64,000 nucleotides of DNA from the NCBI GenBank assembly GCA_963748015.1, contig CAVVHE010000005.1:192001-256000 (forward strand). The letters are read 5' to 3'. Made by a program: the position numbers and the translations under genes. This stretch comes from Terriglobia bacterium. GTDB lineage: Bacteria > Acidobacteriota > Polarisedimenticolia > Polarisedimenticolales > JAIQFR01. The notes under the pieces are model-generated. The model was not told the origin of the DNA, did not search any database, and saw nothing but the letters and a program-made list of their open reading frames with translations. Positions within the stretch are counted from its first letter, which is position 1. The number at the start of each line of letters is the position of its first letter. Of the stretch, positions 56,937-64,000 are shown piece by piece.

Positions 56937-59900
56937 TCAGGGGCAGACCCGGCCGGCGCGAGGGGTGCCCGCCGAGTTGGTGCCCATGTTGCCGCCACAG
57001 GGGTTCCAGGCGCGGACCAGGTAGCAGAAGAGCCCGCCGCCGCCCGGCTCGGCGAGGTCCGTCGCGAAGGGCGCGCTGACACCGGTCACGACGCACACCG
57101 CGTGCGCGATTCCGAAGTCGCCGGGCCGATCGCTCCTCAGGACGTCGTATCGGGGCCCCGCGCCGCCCCTCTCGGCCGGCGCGCTCCAGCCCAGGTTGTC
57201 GATCACGGCCTTCGTGACCAACAGGTCCGTCGGATCGCCCGGCACGGACCAGAAGCTCGGGCTGTCGGGCCTGCAGTCCACGTCGTTCGACCACCCGTCG
57301 CCATCCCGGTCGGGATCGCACAGGTCGCCGAGCCCGTCGGCGTCCATGTCCGCCTGATCCGGATTGTAAATGACGGGACAGTTGTCGCAGGCGTCGCCCA
57401 CGCCGTCGGCGTCTCCGTCCGACTGGGTGGGATTCGATATCGAAGGGCAGTTGTCGAGGTTGTCCGGCAATCCGTCGCCGTCGGTGTCGAGCCAGAGCCT
57501 GAGGTCGGCCTCGTTCCATCCGCCCCAGGGCTGCGCGAACCACCGCCCCTGGAGCTGGAACGGCGACGTCGTCGCCCGCTGCGTCACCCGGGCGCGCCAG
57601 TGGTAAACGTCGTTCGTCTCGAGCCCGACGGATCCGCCGACGAGCGCGGCGTAGGTCGTGACGCTGTCATACCAGGAGCCGTTCCGCACCAAGTTGGTCC
57701 CGTCGAACAGCTGGCCGCGCTTCTTGAACTCCCACTCCACCTTCACGTCGCCGCGGCCGATGAAGCCGTGACCGCGGACGGCCACGTTGAAGGCGTCGGA
57801 CCGGTCCGACTTCCCGAGCCGGTCCACCTTGACGGTGGTGTCGTATCCGCGCTGGTAGGGCACGATGGCGCGCCCCTTTCCGCCGTTGCCGTAGTAGAGC
57901 CACGCCGTCCCCTCGTCCACTTGCACGTTGTCGTAGTACGGAGAGCCGACGATGAGGTCCGCGTAGCCGTCGCCATTCACGTCGCCGGCCGACGCGACCG
58001 ATTCCCCGAGATGCTCGCCGGCCTGGTTCCCGCTTCGATTCCAATCGGGCAGGAAAGGCGGGCCCGATGCGGAGCCGAGGTAGAGCGACACGTAGCCCGT
58101 GTCCGCGCCGGCGCTCCCATCGAGGTGGTTCGCGCCGACCACGACGTCGCTGTACCCGTCCCCGTTCACGTCCCCCGCCGAGGCGACCGACGTTCCGAAG
58201 GCCGCGCCGGCCTGCCCGCCGTTCGCGTTCCAGGTGAGGGCGGTGCCGAGTCCGGCGGCGCTGCCGTAGAAGATGAGCGCGCGCCCCTCGCCCACGAACC
58301 CCCCGCCGTACCCCGGGGAGCCAACGATCACGTCGCTGTAGCCGTCCCCGTTCACGTCGCCGGCCGACGCCACGGAGGCTCCGAAGTACCAGCCCGCCTG
58401 GATGCCGTCCCGTTTCCAATCGGCGTTGCCGGGATACCCCTGCGCGCCCAGACCCTGCGGCGAGCCGTACCAGGCGAAGGCCTCTCCCTCGTTGACCGCC
58501 CCGTTGTCGTAGTACAGCGCGCCGACGATGACGTCGGAGTAGCCGTCGCCGTTGACGTCCCCCGCGGACGCGACGGAATAGCCGAACTCGGCCCCCTCCT
58601 GCACGCCCTCCGCCTCCCAGTCCACGTTTCCGGGGACGCCGTTCGCCCCGAGGCCGGAGGCGGAGCCGTGCCAGACGAACACCGCGCCTTCCATCTCGTA
58701 GTCGTACAGGAACCATCGCGCTCCGACGATCACGTCCGAGTACCCGTCCCCGTTCACGTCACCCGCCGAGGCGACCGAGCAGCCGAACTCCGAGCTGGTC
58801 TGGTCGGCCTCCGCCCTCCAGTCCGCGTTGAGCGGGCGTGCCGAGGGCTCCGAGGCCGCCGGAGCCGCCGAGCCAGACGAACGCGCTCCCCTCTTCGGAC
58901 TGGCCGTTGTCGTACGCCGGGGCCCCGACGATGATGTCGGAATAGCCGTCCCCGTTGACGTCTCCCGCCGAGGCGACCGACGCACCGAGCTGCGCTCCGG
59001 CCTGGTTGCTCTCCGCGTACCAGCTCGGCGTGCCGCCCGGTCCGGTGACGCTGCCGTGGTAGACGAAGACCCTGCCCTCGTTGGCTTCTCCGTTGTCGAA
59101 ACCCGGGGCGCCGATGAGGATGTCGGCGATGGAGTCGCCGTTCACGTCCCCCGCCGAGGCGACCGACGTCCCGTAGACGGAAACCGCCTGGTCGTACTCG
59201 TCGTTCCAGCCGGAGTTCGCGAGGCCCGCCGGCCCGCCGTGGAAGACGTACGCGATCCCCTCGTTGCCGTTGGGGGTCACGTCCCAGGTATGGGCGCCGA
59301 CGATCACGTCGGAGTACCCGTCGCCGTTCACGTCCCCCGCCGTCGCCGCCGAAACGCCGAGGTGCGCGCTGGTCTGGTTGGGCTCGTAGGTCCAGGCGGC
59401 AGACGCGGCCAGGCCCGTCGAGGAGCCGAAGAAGACGAACGCGCGTCCCTCGTCCCCCTCGACGTTGTCGTAGTAGTAGGCACCGATGATCACGTCGCTG
59501 TAGCCGTCCCCGTTCACGTCCCCCGCGGTCCCCGCGGCGGAGCCGAAGTCGGCGTTCGCCTGATCCATCTCCTTCGACCAGCTCGCCGTGGTGGCCAGGC
59601 CGGTCGAGGCGCCGTGGTAGACGAACACCTTCCCCTCGTTCGTCTGGCCGTTGTCGTAGTACGGCGAGGCGACGATGACGTCGGAATAGCCGTCGCCGTT
59701 CACGTCGCCGGCCGTCGCCACCGTGTCCCCGAGCCAGCAGGACGCCTGCGTGTCCTCGACCATCCAGTCCGCGTTGGCCGGCGTGCCGTTCGCGCCGAGG
59801 CCCGTGGACGAGCCGAGCCAGGCGTAGGCGCGGCCGTGGTACGCGTCGCCGATGATCACGTCGGAGTAGCCGTCGCCGTTCACGTCTCCCGCCGTGGCGA

Positions 59901-61290
59901 CGGAGGTCCCGAAGTTGTGGTCGCCGACCTGGCCGACCAGGTTTCCCTGGGCGGTCCAGTCGGCATTCGACGGTATGCCCGGGGAGCCGAGCCCCGTCGA
60001 GGAGCCGAGCCAGACGAACGCGCTGCCCTCGTTCGCCTCGCCGACGTAGTTGCGCGGGGCGCCCGCGATGATCTCGGAGTACCCGTCGCCGTTCACGTCC
60101 CCCGCGGTGGCCACGGACCACCCGAGCTCGGCGTTGTCCATCTGGCCCTCCGCGGTCCAGTCGGCCGGGCTCGCGATGGGCCCGCTCGCGGACCCGAGGT
60201 ACACGAAGACGGCGCCCTCGTTCGTGTTGCCGTTCGTCCAGTGAGGGGCGCCGACGATGACGTCGCTGAAGGTGTCCCCGTTGACGTCGCCGGCCGTCGC
60301 CACGGAGAGACCGTAGTACGCGGCCTGGTCGGCACCGGCGGTCCACCCGGGCGAGGCCCTCAGCCCCGAGGCGGTCCCGTAGTAGAGGAACGCCCGCCCC
60401 GCGTCCGTGACGGGGCTGTCATAGAAGGGCGCGCCGACGATCACATCGCCGTACCCGTCGCCGTTCACGTCCCCCGCGGCGGCGACGGCCCACCCGTACT
60501 GCCCCTGCGCGAGGCTCCCCTCGTCGGACCAGGACGGGCTGGTCGCCAGGGGGTCGATCGTCACCGGATACCGGGCCCCGCGGTCGTCCACGACGATGCG
60601 GATGCCGCGGTAGCCTTCGCCGACGAATCCCTCGAACCACGCCGGCAGCTCGCGGCCCGAAGCATCGGTAACGAGGAGCGCCGCGTAGTGGAGCGCGCGC
60701 CAACCGTCGGGCGTGGCGAAATCGATCGAGAGGCGGTCCTCCGCGAGTATCGGGTGGAGAGTTCCGCCGAGCGCGAGGTCGAGGCGGAGCGGCGGGTCGC
60801 CCTCGATCCGATCCGGCGGTGTGGCGATCGTGAAGCCCTGCTCGACGCCCCGCCGGTCGTTCAGGTACCACTCGGCGATGTCGATCCTCCCGAAGTCGAT
60901 GCGGTTGGCGTAGGCCGAAAGGCGCGGCGTCTCGGCGGGCTGCATCGCCCCCTCGCGTCCCCACGAGACCAGCGAAAGCCCCCACTCCCACGACGGCGCG
61001 GCCTCCCGGCGCGGCACGACGCGGACCCCTTCCGGCGTGAAGTACGTCCGGAAGTCGTGCGCCCGGTTCGGCGCCTGCCACGACGCCGGCAGGCCGGCGA
61101 GAGCCGGCTGCGCCTGCCAGGTGACGTGGTACTCCGAGGCCTCGATGTCCGCCCGGACGGCGTTCCACCAGTCCTGGCCGGTGCCGGTGGGAAGCTGGGG
61201 CTCTCCCGCCGCGGCGGCCCCGGCGGAGAGCGCGGCCGAGACGAGAAGACAGAGAAGGATCCGATGATGGCGTGAGTGCACTGGACACAT
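56937..61290 (-). CDS. Large secreted FG-GAP (integrin-alpha-like) repeat protein with TSP3 Ca-binding repeats; single frameshift near 58832
   Basis: Signal peptide, many 'AGDVNGDGYSDVIVGA' repeats across both ORF halves, 'DTDGDGLPDNLDNCP' repeats, C-terminal 'CYLVRAWNPCG'. Confidence 0.85.
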
Positions 61291-61355
61291 GTCTGACCTC
61301 CCTCGCTGCGATCAGTGCGCCCTTGAAAATTACGACGAGAGGCGAGGGTGGAGCA

Positions 61356-61371
61356 CTACCCGTTCAGGTAG
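61356..61371. promoter_or_regulatory. Palindrome CTACC-N6-GGTAG upstream of the FG-GAP gene
   Basis: CTACCCGTTCAGGTAG. A second copy lies at 62158-62173. Confidence 0.6.
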
Positions 61372-61437
61372 GTATCTCGCGCCGGAACGCTCCTCTCGGG
61401 ATGGGAACCGTCTCGATCCTGCTTGCCTGGCGCGAGG

Positions 61438-62121
61438 TCAGGCCAGACCGTTCCGGATCGCCTTGGCGACCGCCTCGGACTTCGAGTGGACCTGGAGCTT
61501 CTCGTAGATCCGCTTCACGTGGAAGGCGACGGTGTTGACGCTCACGTCGAGCTCGCCGGCGGCGCTCTTGTAGTTGTGGCCGTCCACCAGCATCTTCAGG
61601 ATCCGCGTCTCGTGCGGGGTGAGTTCGTAGTCGGCCCGGTGGGGCGGGCGGACGCTCTGGAATAGGGTGATCACGCGCCTCGCGACCTCCGGCGACATCG
61701 GCGCGCCTCCCTCCACGGCCTCGCGCAGGCTGTCGAGCAGCCGCGCGGGGGGCGTCTTCTTGAGGAGGTAGCCCGAGGCGCCGGCGCACAGCGCGTCGAA
61801 GATCCGCTCGTCGTCGTCGTAGACGGTGAGCATCAGGAGCCGCACGTCGGGGAACTTCTCCCTCAGGATCCGGATTCCCTCGATCCCCGACATCCCCGGA
61901 AGGCCGATGTCCACGAGGGCCACGTCCGGCGGCTCGGCGCCGATCCCAGCGAGAGCATCCTCCATCGAGCGGAACGTCCTCGTGCACCGGTAGCCGCTTG
62001 TCCCGTCGATCAGGAGGGCCAATCCCTCGCGGATCTCGCGCTGGTCCTCGATGATGGCGGTCCGGATCACGCCGCGATCCGGCGGGCCCGCCACCTCGCT
62101 CCGCTGTCCGCTGACGTCCAT
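61438..62121 (-). CDS. NarL/LuxR-family response regulator
   Basis: Motifs 'IIED', 'LVDIGLPGMSG', 'GASGYLLK', HTH 'LTPHE...HVKRIYEKLQV'. Start may be 62070. Confidence 0.93.
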   Translation of the reverse strand: MDVSGQRSEVAGPPDRGVIRTAIIEDQREIREGLALLIDGTSGYRCTRTFRSMEDALAGIGAEPPDVALVDIGLPGMSGIEGIRILREKFPDVRLLMLTVYDDDERIFDALCAGASGYLLKKTPPARLLDSLREAVEGGAPMSPEVARRVITLFQSVRPPHRADYELTPHETRILKMLVDGHNYKSAAGELDVSVNTVAFHVKRIYEKLQVHSKSEAVAKAIRNGLA

Positions 62122-62157
62122 CGTTCTCAAAGGTACACCCGGCGGCACGCCGTGCTA

Positions 62158-62173
62158 CTACCTACTCAGGTAG
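62158..62173. promoter_or_regulatory. Palindrome CTACC-N6-GGTAG upstream of the response regulator gene
   Basis: CTACCTACTCAGGTAG, overlapping the kinase stop codon. Confidence 0.6.
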
Positions 62174-64000
62174 GGAACGGCGCCTGAAGACGTTGCGCCT
62201 CCGCCTGACCGGCACCTCGAATCGCACTCGCGTTCCCTCGCCCGGGTTCGAAAGCAACTCGAGCTTTCCACCAAGCTCGGCCGCGCGGCGCTTCATGCTC
62301 GCGAGGCCGTGCCCCTCGAAGTCGGCGCCGGGGTCGAAGCCGCGGCCGTCGTCCCTCACCTCGAGGACGAGGCGGTCTCCCTCGATCCGTAGGTCGACCG
62401 CCACGAGCGAGCAGCCCGAGTGGCGCGCCGCGTTGTTGACGCTCTCCTTCAGCACCAGGTAGGCCTGCCGCCGCACGTCCGGGCCGAGCTTGAGCTGATC
62501 GTCCCCTGCCGGCGCGCGAAAGGCCAGCGCGACGTCCCGCGCCGAGCACGCATCGTTCGCGAAGCGGCGCATGCGCTGGACGACGTCGCTCAGGCGGTCG
62601 CGCCTCGGGTTGATCGCCCAGACGATATCGCTCATCGAGTCCACGAGTTCGCGCGACGTCTCCGCGATGCGCGAGAGGGCGTCGCGCGTCGCCGGCGCTC
62701 CTTCGCCGGCCTTTCGATGGGCCACCTCGGAGAGGATCGCGATCTGCGAGAGGCTCGCGCCGATGTCGTCATGGAGATCGGTCGCGATCCTCGTTCTCAC
62801 GCGCTCCAGCTCCACCAGGCGGGTCACGCGGGCGCGGTGAACCGCCTCGGCCGCCGCGGCGAGGGCCAGCGCGATCGCGCCGAGGAACCACCACCGTTGC
62901 CATGACGGCCGGAGCACCACGAAAGCGAAGACCGCGGGGCGCTCGCTGACCCGCCCGTCGGGAGCGACGGCCCGGACGCGGAAGCGGTAGCGCCCCGGCG
63001 CCAAATTCGCGTAGTCGACGGAGCGGCTCGCCGACCGCTCGCTCCAGTCCCGGTCCGCCCCCTCGAGCATGTACTGGTAGCGAAGCACCCCGCCGGCCCC
63101 GAACGCGATCCCGCCGAACTCGAGCTGGACGCGATTCCGGTCCGGCGGAAGGCGGGCCGGCGCCACCTCGATCTCGCCCAGCTCCGAGACGGGATGCGGA
63201 ACGCCGCCCGCCCGAATACGGCCGATGAAGACCGGTGGCGCCGGGGACGGTGCGTCATCGGCGGGGCGCATCCGCGCGATGCCCCGCAGCGTCCCGAACC
63301 AGAGATCCCCGCCGCGATCGCGGTGCGAGACGTTGACGAACGCGTTCGGCAGCCCGTCGGCCATCGTGAAGTGCCGGACGCGGCCGGTCGCCGGGTCGAG
63401 GCGATCCACGCCCCTGTCGGTGCCGAAGTAGAGGCGTCCATTGTCGTCCTCGACCATGGACGTCACGTAGCTGCTCGAGAGTCCGCTCCTCGTGTCGAGG
63501 ATCTCGAAACGCGGCGGCGAGGCCGAGGGGTCGTCCACCCTCGCGACGCCCCCTTCCTCGGTGGCGATCCACAGCCGGCCCCGCCGGTCGAGCTCGATAG
63601 CGCGGACGAGCCCGCGGGGACACCCCTCCTTCGTGGTGAAGACCTCGAAGCGGCCGTCGCGGTAGCGTGCGATGCCACCGAGGTACATGCCGATCCAGAG
63701 GGCGCCGAGGCCGTCGTCCCGGAAGGCGGTCGGGGCCGATCTAGGATAGCCGTCGGCCACCGTGAAGCGGCGGATCGTGCCGGTCTGCCGGTCCCACCGG
63801 GCCAGCGGATCGTGCAGGACACCGGCGACGGTGCCGATCCACACGTCGCCGCGCGTATCCTCGTAGGCCCGGAACACCTCCTCGCCGCTCATCCCCTCCG
63901 CCCGCCCGTAGACCGAGGCCGGGCGCGCGCCACCGAGGTCGTCCACACGCGCCGTGCCGTGGAACCGGTACAGCTCGGTCCTCGACGGTACCCACCAGTC
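62162..64000 (-). CDS. Sensor histidine kinase (beta-propeller + Y_Y_Y + HisKA_3), 5' partial
   Basis: Propeller repeats 'G.LWIG/AT', 'YQYMLEG..YANLAPGRY', TM, 'RIATDLHDDIG', 'KESVNNAARHS', 'DDGRGF'. Frame is open to the window end. Confidence 0.92.
   Translation of the reverse strand, partial: DWWVPSRTELYRFHGTARVDDLGGARPASVYGRAEGMSGEEVFRAYEDTRGDVWIGTVAGVLHDPLARWDRQTGTIRRFTVADGYPRSAPTAFRDDGLGALWIGMYLGGIARYRDGRFEVFTTKEGCPRGLVRAIELDRRGRLWIATEEGGVARVDDPSASPPRFEILDTRSGLSSSYVTSMVEDDNGRLYFGTDRGVDRLDPATGRVRHFTMADGLPNAFVNVSHRDRGGDLWFGTLRGIARMRPADDAPSPAPPVFIGRIRAGGVPHPVSELGEIEVAPARLPPDRNRVQLEFGGIAFGAGGVLRYQYMLEGADRDWSERSASRSVDYANLAPGRYRFRVRAVAPDGRVSERPAVFAFVVLRPSWQRWWFLGAIALALAAAAEAVHRARVTRLVELERVRTRIATDLHDDIGASLSQIAILSEVAHRKAGEGAPATRDALSRIAETSRELVDSMSDIVWAINPRRDRLSDVVQRMRRFANDACSARDVALAFRAPAGDDQLKLGPDVRRQAYLVLKESVNNAARHSGCSLVAVDLRIEGDRLVLEVRDDGRGFDPGADFEGHGLASMKRRAAELGGKLELLSNPGEGTRVRFEVPVRRRRNVFRRRSLPE

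Noticed and set aside
57950..60480. Regularly recurring DNA repeat (cgccgttcacgtcccccgc) resembling a CRISPR array
   Set aside because: These are the coding FG-GAP repeats (AGDVNGDG), spaced roughly 180-210 bp apart. No cas genes are present.
38796..61275. Many long antisense or alternate-frame ORFs (e.g. 49754-51916, 58828-61275, 42465-44387)
   Set aside because: They are shadow ORFs expected from high-GC codon bias opposite well-supported genes and contain no recognisable motifs.

Overview
The window joins two unrelated blocks at a sharp junction at about 37973/37974. Block 1 (1-37973, roughly 60% GC by eye, Verrucomicrobia-like style by inference) is a co-oriented Wzx/Wzy-type surface polysaccharide locus. 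It encodes a Wzc-like co-polymerase with a degenerate Walker A, a WbpI/WbpB-WbpD fusion/WbpE-like diacetamido-uronic acid pathway, glycosyltransferases, four deacetylase-fold proteins, three FemABX/GNAT-fold proteins, a Cys-less AsnB-like amide ligase, an FkbH-like enzyme, methyl- and acyltransferases and a secreted beta-helix protein. Three IS elements interrupt it. The most striking element is a lone tRNA-Asn(GUU) gene at 14358-14432, between a Fem-like gene and the AsnB-like gene. It keeps its aminoacylation identity elements but has broken T-stem pairs at EF-Tu-tuning positions and U37. It is a candidate dedicated non-translational tRNA for aminoacylating the polysaccharide. Block 2 (37974-64000, roughly 70% GC, Acidobacteria-like by inference) holds Fe-S/sulfur accessory genes, a CarH-like regulator, amino-acid catabolic enzymes, HtrA, a TonB receptor, an EmrAB-TolC pump, a large FG-GAP/TSP3 secreted protein and a NarL-type two-component system with two candidate operator palindromes. 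Scattered single-base frameshifts suggest residual indel errors in the assembly.
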